Shown here: positions 1-10,311 of the stretch, one piece after another
Layout of the letters: the number at the start of each line of letters is the position of its first letter
Position numbering within the stretch: position 1 is the stretch's first letter
Source: Paludibacteraceae bacterium
GTDB taxonomy: Bacteria; Bacteroidota; Bacteroidia; Bacteroidales; Paludibacteraceae
Assembly: GCA_905233255.1 (NCBI GenBank)
Contig: CAJOCN010000004.1
Coordinates: 12,868 to 76,867, forward strand
Direction: 5' to 3'
DNA: 64,000 nt
Translations under genes and position numbers: made by a program
The notes under the pieces: model-generated
Told to the model about the DNA's origin: nothing
Database searches by the model: none
What the model saw: only the letters and a program-made list of their open reading frames with translations

Positions 1-1221
1 GAGAGACTGCGTCCGAAGACGCTAAACGAATATATAGGCCAGAAACACTTGGTGGGGCAAGGAGCTATCCTGAGACAGATGATCGAGAGCGGCAACATCG
101 CCAGTTTCATTTTGTGGGGTCCTCCGGGTGTTGGCAAGACGACCCTCGCGCGCATCATTGCGCATGAGTTACAGAGGCCGTTCTATACGTTGAGCGCAGT
201 GACGAGCGGCGTGAAGGAGGTGCGCGATGTGATCGACAAAGCCAAACGGAATGCGAGCCTCAACAGCGGGCTCTTTGCGCCGGCTGACAGCCGCAGTCCA
301 ATCCTGTTCATCGACGAGATCCACCGGTTCAGCAAGAGCCAGCAGGACAGTCTGTTAGGGGCAGTGGAGGAAGGTACGATCACCTTAGTGGGTGCGACGA
401 CGGAGAACCCGAGTTTCGAGGTCATCACTCCGCTGCTGAGCCGGTGTCAGGTGTATGTGCTGAAGGCGCTGGAGAAAGCGGATCTGATGGAGTTGCTCCA
501 CCGAGCGCTGACGCAAGACGAATATATCAAGTCGCTCGGGTTGCAGGTCAAGGAGACGGAAGCGCTCCTTCGGTACAGCGGAGGCGATGCACGCAAGTTA
601 CTCAATATCATTGAGTTAGTAAGCAACAGCGGTGTGAAAGTCATTGATAATGAGACCGTCACCAAGCAGTTGCAGCAAAACCCCGTAGCGTACGACAAGG
701 ACGGCGAGATGCATTATGACATCATCTCCGCTTTCATCAAATCGGTTCGCGGGAGTGATCCGCAGGCGGCTATCTATTGGCTGGCACGTATGATTGAGGG
801 CGGCGAAGATCCGAAGTTCATCGCCCGACGGTTGGTTATATTAGCGAGCGAAGATATAGGGTTAGCCAACCCGAACGCCCTGCTGTTAGCTAATGCCTGT
901 TTTGACACGGTGAATAAGATCGGATGGCCGGAAGGGCGTATTCCGTTAGCAGAGACGACCATCTATTTAGCCACCTGCAAGAAAGACAACTCCGCCATCA
1001 TGGCTATCGACGGGGCACTCGCGAAGGTGCGTGAGACAGGTAATCTGCCTGTTCCGCTGCATTTGAGAAACGCACCTACGAGTCTGATGAAAGAGTTAGG
1101 CTATGCCGACGGGTACCTGTATCCGCATGATTTCCCGGGACACTGGGTAGCGCAACAATACCTGCCGGACGAGTTGACGGGAACAGTCTTTTGGGAAGTG
1201 AAGAACCAAAAGGAGAAGTAA
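1..1221 (+). CDS. rarA: Replication-associated recombination protein A (RarA/MgsA AAA+ ATPase); 5' end cut by the window edge
   Basis: Frame 1 is open from nt 1 (ERLRPKTLNEYIGQKHLVG...) into the listed ORF. Walker A GPPGVGKTT, Walker [11 protein letters not shown], and a MgsA-type C-terminal region (AAIYWLARMIEGGEDP, HLRNAPT). Confidence 0.9.
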   Translation, partial: ERLRPKTLNEYIGQKHLVGQGAILRQMIESGNIASFILWGPPGVGKTTLARIIAHELQRPFYTLSAVTSGVKEVRDVIDKAKRNASLNSGLFAPADSRSPILFIDEIHRFSKSQQDSLLGAVEEGTITLVGATTENPSFEVITPLLSRCQVYVLKALEKADLMELLHRALTQDEYIKSLGLQVKETEALLRYSGGDARKLLNIIELVSNSGVKVIDNETVTKQLQQNPVAYDKDGEMHYDIISAFIKSVRGSDPQAAIYWLARMIEGGEDPKFIARRLVILASEDIGLANPNALLLANACFDTVNKIGWPEGRIPLAETTIYLATCKKDNSAIMAIDGALAKVRETGNLPVPLHLRNAPTSLMKELGYADGYLYPHDFPGHWVAQQYLPDELTGTVFWEVKNQKEK

Positions 1222-1224
1222 CGC

Positions 1225-2310
1225 GTGGCGGGGCTGTACATACATATACCTTTCTGCAAGCGGCGATGCCTGTATTGCGATTTCTACTCCACCACCCTAT
1301 TGGCGCGGCGCGAGGAGTACGTGAGGGCCGTGGTGAAAGAGATCGAGCAGCGGCAGCACGAGGCCGGCGAACCGATACGGACGGTGTATATCGGCGGCGG
1401 AACGCCAAGCACGCTGGAGATTGAGTTGGTGACAGCACTTACTAAGGCAATAGATAGCACCAACATAGCAGAATATACCGTTGAAGTCAATCCGGGCGAT
1501 GTGACAGAGGAGTATCTGAGGGGACTGAGAGCGTTGGGTGTGAACCGGCTGTCAATGGGTGTACAATCGTTCCAGGACGAGTTGCTGCAGAAAATAGGCA
1601 GAAGGCACAATGCCGCAGAAGCGATAGAGGCTGTGCGGACGGCACAGAGAGCAGGGTTTGAGAATCTCTCCATTGACCTGATGTACGCCCTGCCGGGACA
1701 GACAATGGCGCAATGGAAAGCCGATATAGAGAGGGCGTTGGAACTTGGCGTACAACACCTGTCGTCGTACGGGTTAATGTACGAAGAAGGAACGGCGATG
1801 ACGCAGATGCGCGAGAGAGGCGAGATAGAGGAGACGGACGAGGAGACGGAGAACGCTATGTATGACTACCTCTGCGAAAGGCTGAAAGAAGCCGGGTTCA
1901 GACATTATGAGGTTAGCAATTTTGCGTTGCCGGAGTACGAAGCCAAACATAACAGCAGTTACTGGGACGGCACTCCGTACGTGGGCGTGGGCGCGGGTGC
2001 GCATAGTTATATAAGGAACGTGCGGAGTTGGAATCCCGACGACTTGGAGGAATATATACAGGGGATAGAGAGCGGCACGCTGATACGCGAGAGCGAGACG
2101 CTGAGTGAGACAGATTTATACAACGAACAGGTCATGTTGGGGCTACGTACAGATAAGGGATGTAGGCTTTCACCGTCGGTTGACCGTCGGTTGACTGTCG
2201 GGAAACTAAGGCAAAAAGGCTTAGTCAGAGTGGAAGAAGACGGGAGAGTCATTGCGACCCAGGAAGGCCTGCATGTGCTCAACAGAATAATAGAAGAATT
2301 GATGATATGA
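1225..2310 (+). CDS. hemW: Radical SAM family heme chaperone HemW (HemN-like, oxygen-independent coproporphyrinogen oxidase-like)
   Basis: N-terminal CxxxCxxC radical SAM motif (IPFCKRRCLYCDF). About 360 aa, which fits HemW size. GTG start 4 nt after the rarA stop. Confidence 0.85.
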   Translation: MAGLYIHIPFCKRRCLYCDFYSTTLLARREEYVRAVVKEIEQRQHEAGEPIRTVYIGGGTPSTLEIELVTALTKAIDSTNIAEYTVEVNPGDVTEEYLRGLRALGVNRLSMGVQSFQDELLQKIGRRHNAAEAIEAVRTAQRAGFENLSIDLMYALPGQTMAQWKADIERALELGVQHLSSYGLMYEEGTAMTQMRERGEIEETDEETENAMYDYLCERLKEAGFRHYEVSNFALPEYEAKHNSSYWDGTPYVGVGAGAHSYIRNVRSWNPDDLEEYIQGIESGTLIRESETLSETDLYNEQVMLGLRTDKGCRLSPSVDRRLTVGKLRQKGLVRVEEDGRVIATQEGLHVLNRIIEELMI

Positions 2311-4577
2311 AAATGAAGAGTTGGTACAAAACGTTTTTATTGTGGTTCTGGGGATTGTTCTTCGGAGGCATTTTGGTAGTATGGCTGGTGATGTGGTTGA
2401 TCATCCGCGGGGTGTTAGGATATATGCCGCCGTTGGAGGAGTTGCAGAACCCGAAAAACACGTTCGCGAGTGAGATTATCTCGTCGGACATGCAGTCATT
2501 GGGTCGTTACTACCGGTACGAGAACCGTATCGGTGTGGAGTACACGGACCTGTCTCCGAATCTCATCCATGCCCTGATTGCCACAGAGGATGTGCGTTTC
2601 TACGAACACACGGGTGTGGATTTCAAGTCCATGTTCCGCGCGATTATCAAGTTAGGCCGTGCGGGCGGTGGTTCGACCATTACCCAGCAGTTAGCCAAAC
2701 AGTTGTGGTCGCCGCGTGCGAACAACAAGTTAGAGCGCGCGATGCAGAAACCGATCGAGTGGATCATAGCCACGAAATTAGAGCGGCTGTACAGCAAGGA
2801 TGAGATACTACTGATGTACCTCAACCAGTTTGATTTCCTGTACAACGCCGTAGGTGTACAATCGGCGTCGCAGGTGTATTTCTCGACCACTCCGGCTGAG
2901 TTGAAGTTGGAGCAAGCGGCGATGTTAGTAGGTATGTGCAAAAACCCGTCTCTTTATAACCCCGTCCGTCACCCTGAGCGCGCGACAGGCCGCCGCAACA
3001 CGGTACTCGGGCAGATGGAGAAATACGGTTACATAGACGAGGCTACGCGTGACTCGGTAGCGGCCATCCCTCTGGAGTTGCACTATAGTTCAGTGGATCA
3101 CAAGCAAGGTATTGCGCCGTATTTCCGGGAGTACCTGCGCGGTGTGCTGACCGCCAAAGAGCCCAAAGAGAGCGATTACTCGGAGTGGAACAAACAGCAG
3201 TACCAACTGGATGCCTGGCAATGGGAGAACAACCCGTTGTACGGTTTTTGCGAGAAGAACAAGAAACCCGACGGCAGCCGTTATGACCTGTACCAGGACG
3301 GTCTGAAGATCTATACGACGATTGATTCGCGCATGCAGCGTTACGCGGAAGAGGCAGTGAGTGAGCATATGCAGGCCCAACAGAAATCGTTCTTCAAGGA
3401 ACTCAAAAAGAAGAAAAACGCTCCCTTCTCCCGCCAGTTGACGCAGGAAGAAGTGGACGGGATCATGAACCGCTCGATGCGTCAGACCGACCGTTATCGG
3501 ATGATGAAACGCGCGGGCGTAAGTCATGACTCGATCATGAGGTCCTTCAAAGAGCCTCGGGAGATGCAGATCTTCACGTACGACCGCGGGATGATCGACA
3601 CGACGATGAGTCCGTACGACTCCATCAAATGGCAGAAGAGCTATCTGCGTTGCGGTTTCATGTCGATGGATCCGCATACGGGTCATGTGAAGGCTTATGT
3701 GGGCGGTCCTAACTTCGCACATTTCCAATACGACATGGCCACCAAAGGTCGCCGTCAGGTTGGTTCGACCGTCAAGCCGTACCTCTATACGCTGGCGATG
3801 GACGAAGGAATGTGGCCATGCGAGAAATGGGTGTATGACTCGGTGGTCTTCGTACTGCCGGACGGCAATAGATGGGTACCGCGCGACACGCATGAGAAGT
3901 ATCAGGGCGACACCGTGAGTCTGACATGGGGTCTGAAAGAGTCGTCCAACTGGATGGCGGCGTATCTGATGTCGCTCTTCACACCGGAACAGTTAGTCAA
4001 AATGATGCAATCGTTCGGTATTCAGGGCCAGTTAGACCCGGTGGTATCGCTGTGTCTGGGTCCGTGCGAAGTGAGCGTAGAAGAGATGGTGGACGCCTAT
4101 ACGGCTTTTGCGAACAAAGGAATCCGCACCGAGCCGCTGTACGTGACGCGTATTGAGGACGCCAACGGCAATGTGATCGGTATGTTCACGCCTCGGACGC
4201 ATGAGATCATCAGCGAGACAACCGCCTATAAGATGATTTATATGCTGCGCGCGGTGATTGACCACGGAACGGGTGTGCGTACCCGTTATAAATACGGTAT
4301 CAAAGCTCCCATGGGCGGTAAGACGGGAACGACGAACAACAACTCCGACGGATGGTTCATGTGCTTCACACCGTCTCTGGTAAGCGGCACATGGGTCGGC
4401 GGCGAAGACCGTGGCATACATTTTGATAATATGGCAGAGGGACAAGGTGCGTCCATGGCACTGCCAATCTGCGCGCTGTATATGCAGAAAGTGCTGGCAG
4501 ACCCGGATTTAGGTTACAGCGAGGACGAGCAGTTTGACGTACCGGCATGGTTTGACCCGAATGAAGGATGTAATTAA
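2307..4577 (+). CDS. mrcA: Class A penicillin-binding protein (GT51 transglycosylase plus transpeptidase), PBP1A-like
   Basis: N-terminal TM helix. GT51 motifs (EDVRFYEHTGVD, GGSTITQQLAK). Transpeptidase motifs STVKP (SxxK) and KTGTTNN (KTG). The start overlaps the hemW stop. Confidence 0.88.
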   Translation: MKMKSWYKTFLLWFWGLFFGGILVVWLVMWLIIRGVLGYMPPLEELQNPKNTFASEIISSDMQSLGRYYRYENRIGVEYTDLSPNLIHALIATEDVRFYEHTGVDFKSMFRAIIKLGRAGGGSTITQQLAKQLWSPRANNKLERAMQKPIEWIIATKLERLYSKDEILLMYLNQFDFLYNAVGVQSASQVYFSTTPAELKLEQAAMLVGMCKNPSLYNPVRHPERATGRRNTVLGQMEKYGYIDEATRDSVAAIPLELHYSSVDHKQGIAPYFREYLRGVLTAKEPKESDYSEWNKQQYQLDAWQWENNPLYGFCEKNKKPDGSRYDLYQDGLKIYTTIDSRMQRYAEEAVSEHMQAQQKSFFKELKKKKNAPFSRQLTQEEVDGIMNRSMRQTDRYRMMKRAGVSHDSIMRSFKEPREMQIFTYDRGMIDTTMSPYDSIKWQKSYLRCGFMSMDPHTGHVKAYVGGPNFAHFQYDMATKGRRQVGSTVKPYLYTLAMDEGMWPCEKWVYDSVVFVLPDGNRWVPRDTHEKYQGDTVSLTWGLKESSNWMAAYLMSLFTPEQLVKMMQSFGIQGQLDPVVSLCLGPCEVSVEEMVDAYTAFANKGIRTEPLYVTRIEDANGNVIGMFTPRTHEIISETTAYKMIYMLRAVIDHGTGVRTRYKYGIKAPMGGKTGTTNNNSDGWFMCFTPSLVSGTWVGGEDRGIHFDNMAEGQGASMALPICALYMQKVLADPDLGYSEDEQFDVPAWFDPNEGCN

Positions 4578-6612
4578 AATAGACCGCTCACTGCGTTCGC
4601 TGAAAGAGCAAAGACCGCTCACTGCGTTCGCTGAAAGAATAAAGACTAAACGGATTCGACGATTCATTTTAGTCCTTTGTCTTATGTCTTTGAGTGCAGC
4701 GGTCTTTACTCCGGCATACGGACAGCTGAATACCGACCGCATCACCGCGATCGGTCGGAACGCGCTGTATTTCGAGGACTATGTGCTCTCCATACAGTAT
4801 TTCAACCAAGTCATCCACCTCAAACCGTATCTGCCCGAGCCGTATTTCTACCGCTCGATAGCAAAGATTCAGTTAGAGGACTATCAGGGAGCGCTCAATG
4901 ATTGCAATGCCGCCATCGAGCGCAATCCTTTCTCGCCGGGTTATTACTATGCGCGCGGTTATATCTACCGCCAGTTAGGAAGGGATGAGGATGCGGAGGC
5001 GGACTACACGCAGGCGTTGCGTTTTGCGCCGGAGAACCGCACCTATATGTTACTGCGCGCGGACACACGTGCGTCTCTGAAACGGTACGACGAGGCGCTG
5101 GAGGACATTGATCAGATGCTCAAACGCGAGCCGCAGTCGGCTTCCGTGTGGTCGGAAAAAGGGCGTGTATGTATCCTCAAGAAAGATACAATGAGTGCTC
5201 TGGAAGCCTTTGAACAGGCATCCAAATACGACAAGACAAATCCGGCAGTATGGTCGGCATTGGGCGTGACGAACCTGATGTTAGATCGCGAGGACGAAGC
5301 GTACGTACAACTGACACAAGCCATCAACTTAGGTTCCAAATGGGCAGGTGACTATATTAACCGCGGTATTATCCATTACCACCGGCATAATTTCCGCGGG
5401 GCGCTGGCGGACTATGACCAAGCCGTGAAGATCTCTCCGAGGGATGCCGATTGCTACTATAACCGCGGAGTGATGCGGCAGGAAGTAGGCGACTACAACC
5501 GGGCTCTGGAAGACTTTAATACCGCTATCTCGTTAGCTCCTGAACGCACGGAGATGCGGTACCAGCGAGGGCTCGTAGAGATGCAGCTCAAGCAGTGGAG
5601 CGCCGTAGTGAAAGACATGAACGTGCTGATAGCACAGTACCCGTATTTCCTGCCGGCATACTACATGGCGGCGCAGGCGAAGACGCACCAGGGCGACACC
5701 AAAGAGGCGTACCGTTACCGCAAAGAGGCGTACGATCTGGAGCAACGCAAGGATGAGATCCAGGCGCAGCAGGCATCACAGCCCAACACAGACATGCAGA
5801 TAGCTGACGCCCAGCCGCAGAAGAAAGATTACCGCAAGGAGTTCTCCACCTCCGCAGCGCAGAACCAACCGGAGATACCGGACGAGGAGCAGAAATACGA
5901 CTCGCAGACACGCGGAACGGTTCAGAAGAAATATCAGGACGTTGTGAACGAGCCTAATATCGTGTTGTCCTATTACACGCACGACCAGAGCCTCAAGAGC
6001 ACGAACTACTACCACCCCACCGTAGATGCCATCAACAAGAGCGAGATGTTGCCGGCAGCACTCAAGTTCACGAGCCAGGAGTTGACGCTGACCGCCGAGA
6101 TGGTGGACTACCATTTCAGCCAGATCAACCGCTTGACGACCCTCATGAACGAAGCGCCGACAGCACAACTGTATTTCGCGCGCGCCATGGAGTTCGCAAT
6201 CATCAAAGACTACGCGAGCGCGATAGACGATTGCACGAAAGCGATTGTCATTGCGGACAAGGAGCTGGAGGCAGTGCTCTGTTTCTGCCGCGCCAACTGG
6301 CGTTACCGAATGGAGGAAGTGGATTACGAACTGATGCACCGCGACTATGATCAGGTGCTCCGGCTACAACCGGATTTCTCCTTCGCGCTCTACAACAAAG
6401 CGAATATCCTCTGCGCTCAACGCGAGTATAAGGAGGCCATCAACTATTATACAAAGGCTATCGCAGTGGACCGCGATTTCGCAGAGGCGTATTTTAACAG
6501 AGGTCTGACCTATATCTATACCGGCGAGAATGAGAAAGGTCTGGCGGATTTGAGCAAAGCCGGTGAGTTAGGTATCTATCAGGCCTATAATTTGATTACA
6601 CGGTTCAAGTAA
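4561..6612 (+). CDS. Tetratricopeptide-repeat protein with an N-terminal signal/anchor segment
   Basis: Many TPR-like units (YYxRGxxYxxLGxxxxAxxDYxxAL pattern repeated). Hydrophobic segment FILVLCLMSLSAAVFTPAYGQ. The start is uncertain (ATG at 4534 or 4561), and the N-terminal about 40 aa are read through a 31-nt tandem repeat. Confidence 0.75.
   Translation: MKDVIKIDRSLRSLKEQRPLTAFAERIKTKRIRRFILVLCLMSLSAAVFTPAYGQLNTDRITAIGRNALYFEDYVLSIQYFNQVIHLKPYLPEPYFYRSIAKIQLEDYQGALNDCNAAIERNPFSPGYYYARGYIYRQLGRDEDAEADYTQALRFAPENRTYMLLRADTRASLKRYDEALEDIDQMLKREPQSASVWSEKGRVCILKKDTMSALEAFEQASKYDKTNPAVWSALGVTNLMLDREDEAYVQLTQAINLGSKWAGDYINRGIIHYHRHNFRGALADYDQAVKISPRDADCYYNRGVMRQEVGDYNRALEDFNTAISLAPERTEMRYQRGLVEMQLKQWSAVVKDMNVLIAQYPYFLPAYYMAAQAKTHQGDTKEAYRYRKEAYDLEQRKDEIQAQQASQPNTDMQIADAQPQKKDYRKEFSTSAAQNQPEIPDEEQKYDSQTRGTVQKKYQDVVNEPNIVLSYYTHDQSLKSTNYYHPTVDAINKSEMLPAALKFTSQELTLTAEMVDYHFSQINRLTTLMNEAPTAQLYFARAMEFAIIKDYASAIDDCTKAIVIADKELEAVLCFCRANWRYRMEEVDYELMHRDYDQVLRLQPDFSFALYNKANILCAQREYKEAINYYTKAIAVDRDFAEAYFNRGLTYIYTGENEKGLADLSKAGELGIYQAYNLITRFK
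4581..4638. repeat. 31-nt tandem duplication (AGACCGCTCACTGCGTTCGCTGAAAGA x2)
   Basis: Identical 27-nt cores at 4581-4607 and 4612-4638. Starts 4 nt after the PBP stop. Confidence 0.95.
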
Positions 6613-6613
6613 A

Positions 6614-6646
6614 GTGAAAAATGAAAAATGAAAAATGAAAAGTGAA
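6614..6646. repeat. Heptamer array GAAAAAT x4
   Basis: gtgaaaaatgaaaaatgaaaaatgaaaagtgaa read directly. Contains three staggered ATGs, and the third (6635) opens the downstream gene. Confidence 0.9.
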
Positions 6647-7531
6647 CGGATCATAGTAATACTCCTGTTCTTAGTTTGCACGACGATGAGTATTCGGGCG
6701 GAGTTGCTGTACGAGATCTCGGGCAACGGGGCGAGGGGGAAGTCCTATCTGCTGGCTACCAACCGGTTTGTGGACATGACGTTTCTGGACACAATACCCA
6801 ATGTATTCAAGTGTTTCGGCCGGTGCAAAAGTGTGGTGACGGAGTTCGCGATGCAGGACTACGAAGCCCTCGCGGCCCTTCGTCAAGCCGCTATACTCCC
6901 CGACTCCGTCAAACTGACCAATTTCTATACGCCGGAGGAATATAAATACATTGACAACTCGCTGAAAATCAATCTGGGGATGGGGCTCGACCAGCTATGC
7001 CGGATGAAGCCGTCGTACCTGACGGAAATGTTCCGCACAGAGCTCATGAAACAGTGGATCGGCTACAGCGAGGAGCGGTCGATGGAATCATTCTTTGAGA
7101 ACGTAGCGGCACAACGCGACATGCCGGTAATCGGGCTCGACAACATAGGCGAGACGATGTATATGCTCTTTGACCGTGAGCCTTTCCACTGGCAGTGCCA
7201 GGAACTCCTGAAAGTGATTGAGTACCCGGAGAAAGAGGTACAGCAGGAGCGAACGCTCAAGACCATGTACCTGGACGGACGGCTATCCGACATAGCCTAC
7301 CAAGTAGAGGGGCCGGACAACACAACCTCTATCTCTTTCTCCGATTACAAGGTCTATACCCAGCGTAACCAACAATGGGTCAAACGGCTCAAACCGATCC
7401 TTACGAAAGGAGAGGCATTTATCACCCTCAATGCCATCTATTTAGGCGGCGAGAAGGGCCTGATCGAACAACTGCGGGCAGCCGGTTACCGCGTGCGCCC
7501 CTATAATAGGAAATTAAAAATTACAAATTAA
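6635..7531 (+). CDS. Secreted protein, divergent TraB/GumN-like family
   Basis: Signal peptide. The N-terminal LLYEISGNGARGKSYLLATNRF resembles the GumN/TraB opening motif, but the usual His is absent. The ATG lies inside a GAAAAAT heptamer array. Confidence 0.45.
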   Translation: MKSERIIVILLFLVCTTMSIRAELLYEISGNGARGKSYLLATNRFVDMTFLDTIPNVFKCFGRCKSVVTEFAMQDYEALAALRQAAILPDSVKLTNFYTPEEYKYIDNSLKINLGMGLDQLCRMKPSYLTEMFRTELMKQWIGYSEERSMESFFENVAAQRDMPVIGLDNIGETMYMLFDREPFHWQCQELLKVIEYPEKEVQQERTLKTMYLDGRLSDIAYQVEGPDNTTSISFSDYKVYTQRNQQWVKRLKPILTKGEAFITLNAIYLGGEKGLIEQLRAAGYRVRPYNRKLKITN

Positions 7532-7541
7532 TTATCATATT

Positions 7542-8105
7542 ATGAACAAGGTATTTTCTGTATTCGTAGCGCTGGTAATGGCGCTGAGCATGAGTGTTAA
7601 CGCTGCAGAGCGCGGCAAGTTTATTCATGTCGATTGCACCTCGGCAAAAAATATCAAGCCGCAGATCGCATTCTGTCAGGAGCATAAGGACGGCACGGAT
7701 GTCACCACTCTGATCGTCAAGACTGTTAACACGAATGAGTTCAATGAGTTCAATGACGCTTCGCGCGTTCTCGTGAAGTTCGCAGACGGTAAGAACATGC
7801 GCCTCAACCGCGTGCCGGGCAGCGAGGTGAAGAAAAACAAAGCTACGGAGAAAGTAGCCCGTGCAACAATCACCAAATACTGGACGGAGACGACATATGA
7901 GGTAGCTCCGGAAATGATTGAGAAACTCGAAGCCGGTATTGCCATCACCAAACTGCGCATCGTCTTCAAAGAGAACGAAGCCAAGGATTATGAGATCATT
8001 GAGGGCTACCAGCCTAAAATGGCTGAAGACCTGCTGAAATCTTATCAGGAAGCCGCTCTGAAGAACAAGAAAGCGAACACCGATATTAGCGATGAGGACT
8101 TCTAA
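7542..8105 (+). CDS. Hypothetical secreted protein
   Basis: Clear signal peptide (MNKVFSVFVALVMALSMSVNA). Coding-like composition. No family recognised. Confidence 0.6.
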   Translation: MNKVFSVFVALVMALSMSVNAAERGKFIHVDCTSAKNIKPQIAFCQEHKDGTDVTTLIVKTVNTNEFNEFNDASRVLVKFADGKNMRLNRVPGSEVKKNKATEKVARATITKYWTETTYEVAPEMIEKLEAGIAITKLRIVFKENEAKDYEIIEGYQPKMAEDLLKSYQEAALKNKKANTDISDEDF

Positions 8106-10311
8106 ACGCTTCTTTCTTTTTCTTCTTGGAATTATTATCCTGACTCCTGCATATGCCCAGATAGGCATGCAGGAGTTGGGTGACTCGCTGTTTGCGTACA
8201 CCGGTTTTTCGCGCGTGTGGTCTCCAGCCGTGCGGGTGAAAAACCTCCGCGTAAGCGGCAATAAGATTAGTCTGTACACCAACGGGACATTAAAGGATTT
8301 CCGTTGGACGCCTGCGTCTGTCGCCGATATTAAACGAAAGGTCAGTCTCTGGACATTAGGGCACGAGAACGGACAGGTGACTATCTATACCGCCAAAACG
8401 GATATAGAGACGCTCGTCACCGCCTGTGCGAAAGGTTCCACAACAGCGCCCAAAGAGAAAGATCTAACCGACCGTACGGTAGTGGTTTATCCATCGCACG
8501 GCCTTTATTTCAACCGCGATCGGGACGAATGGATCTGGCAGCGTGCCACGCTCTGGACAACTGTGGAGGACCTCTATTCACAGGAATATGTACGTTTAAT
8601 CAAACAGATGTTGGAGAACGCCGGCGCCACCGTTCTATCCCCTCGTGCAGGGCTGGACGAGGAGGAGTTAGGCGTCTCGGGAATGCCCAAATGGACTGAA
8701 GGCGCGCGGTATTGGCTCGCCGCCCAAGGTGAGGACTCTACCCTCTGGGATCTGTATCAAGGAAACGAATACAAGGACGACATGAAATGTCGGGCCATGT
8801 GGGTCAACAGTCTGGAGAATGCTCCAGACCTCTGCCTTGCGCTGCATACCGACGGCCTGGATAGCGGCAATGACTCCACAATAGCCGGCACACTCGCTAT
8901 CTATACCGCCCGTGACGATGACGGACACACCGAGCTGCGGGACGGTCGGGACCGCGAGAAGGTCAATCGTAACTTAGCCGACTGGATCCAGACGACGGTT
9001 ACGGAGGATCTGACGCACTGGGCACCCGAGTGGACACGCCGCCAGCTCAAGGAGGCAAACTACTGCGAGACGCGCGTGCCTGTAGTACCGAGTATCATTC
9101 TGGAGTTGCTCTCTCATAAGAACATGGCGGATATGCGTTACGGCCTCAATCCGGCTTTCCGTTTTGCTGCCGCGCGCGCCGTCTATAAGGGTATTCTGAG
9201 GTATTTCAACGGTCCTAACGCCATCGTTCAACCGCTACCGGTGAAGCAAGTGGCTCTCCATCCTGACGGACTGTTACAATGGACCCCCACCCCGGACACA
9301 CTCGAGCAAAGCGCTGCGCCCACTTATTACATGATTTACACCCGTGCCAACGACGGCGAATGGGATGTACAGCAGGTGGAGAAAGCCACCCAGCTCCGGC
9401 TCACGCTGGAGCACGGAATACTCTATTCCTGCTATGTGGTAGCCGGCAACGAAGGCGGTTTGAGTATGCGCAGCCCGATTGTCAGTGCCTATCTCAGCGA
9501 CCGCGACGAGACGACTATGGCGCTTGTAGTAGATGGGTTTGACGAGGTGTACGGACCGGAATGGTTCGCCGACTCCACCTTCGCGGGAATAGTGCCGGGC
9601 ACTTATGCCTGCGAGGATGAGTTCTCCTGCGCCTATATAGGCCAGCAATGGAACTACGACCGTGCGGATGAGTGGAAGAACGATGATAACTGCGGTTGGG
9701 GTTCCTGCTACCGCGATCACGCGGGTCAACTGACCATCGGCAACACCCACGACTACACCTTCCAGCACGGACGCGAGTTACGCAAGATGCATATCAGCTA
9801 CGGGAGTTGTACGGCGGCTTTTCTGGAGAACATGCTTAGGGATACCACCGCGCATTTCACGATGATCGACTATGTCTGCGGAAGGAACAGACAACCGCTG
9901 AACGCCCTTACACAAATGCTGCTAAGCGGCTATCTGGCACAAGGAGGACGACTGCTCATGAGCACTGACCATTTCAGTGCAATCGACCCCGCATGGGCGA
10001 AGAGCCAACTGCACGCTGCGTATTATGCCGCGCAGGCTACGCGTTCCGGCAGAGTTTCCACGCCGCGGCACCGAATGTACCAATTGTACCTGGAGCCCAA
10101 CCCTGACCAACTCTTTACCGCCCACCCGGAGGCGCTGAAAGCGACCGACAAAGAGGCGGTGAAGATGGCTACCTACGAAGATATGCGTTGCCCGGCTGCT
10201 ATCGGACAGCCCGGAAAAACATTAGTGTACAGTTTCCCGCTGGAGGCTGTCATGGATTTTGATAAGATGTACCGCCACTCGGTGGAATGGTTATTAGACA
10301 GACGGAGATGA
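8092..10311 (+). CDS. Large secreted protein with a MurNAc-L-Ala amidase (Amidase_3)-like domain
   Basis: Signal peptide LTPAYAQ. Segment LALHTDG...TLAIYTA...SIILELLSHKNMADMRYGLNPAFRFAAARAVYKGILRY resembles the Amidase_3 core. The remainder is unassigned. Confidence 0.5.
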   Translation: MRTSKRFFLFLLGIIILTPAYAQIGMQELGDSLFAYTGFSRVWSPAVRVKNLRVSGNKISLYTNGTLKDFRWTPASVADIKRKVSLWTLGHENGQVTIYTAKTDIETLVTACAKGSTTAPKEKDLTDRTVVVYPSHGLYFNRDRDEWIWQRATLWTTVEDLYSQEYVRLIKQMLENAGATVLSPRAGLDEEELGVSGMPKWTEGARYWLAAQGEDSTLWDLYQGNEYKDDMKCRAMWVNSLENAPDLCLALHTDGLDSGNDSTIAGTLAIYTARDDDGHTELRDGRDREKVNRNLADWIQTTVTEDLTHWAPEWTRRQLKEANYCETRVPVVPSIILELLSHKNMADMRYGLNPAFRFAAARAVYKGILRYFNGPNAIVQPLPVKQVALHPDGLLQWTPTPDTLEQSAAPTYYMIYTRANDGEWDVQQVEKATQLRLTLEHGILYSCYVVAGNEGGLSMRSPIVSAYLSDRDETTMALVVDGFDEVYGPEWFADSTFAGIVPGTYACEDEFSCAYIGQQWNYDRADEWKNDDNCGWGSCYRDHAGQLTIGNTHDYTFQHGRELRKMHISYGSCTAAFLENMLRDTTAHFTMIDYVCGRNRQPLNALTQMLLSGYLAQGGRLLMSTDHFSAIDPAWAKSQLHAAYYAAQATRSGRVSTPRHRMYQLYLEPNPDQLFTAHPEALKATDKEAVKMATYEDMRCPAAIGQPGKTLVYSFPLEAVMDFDKMYRHSVEWLLDRRR

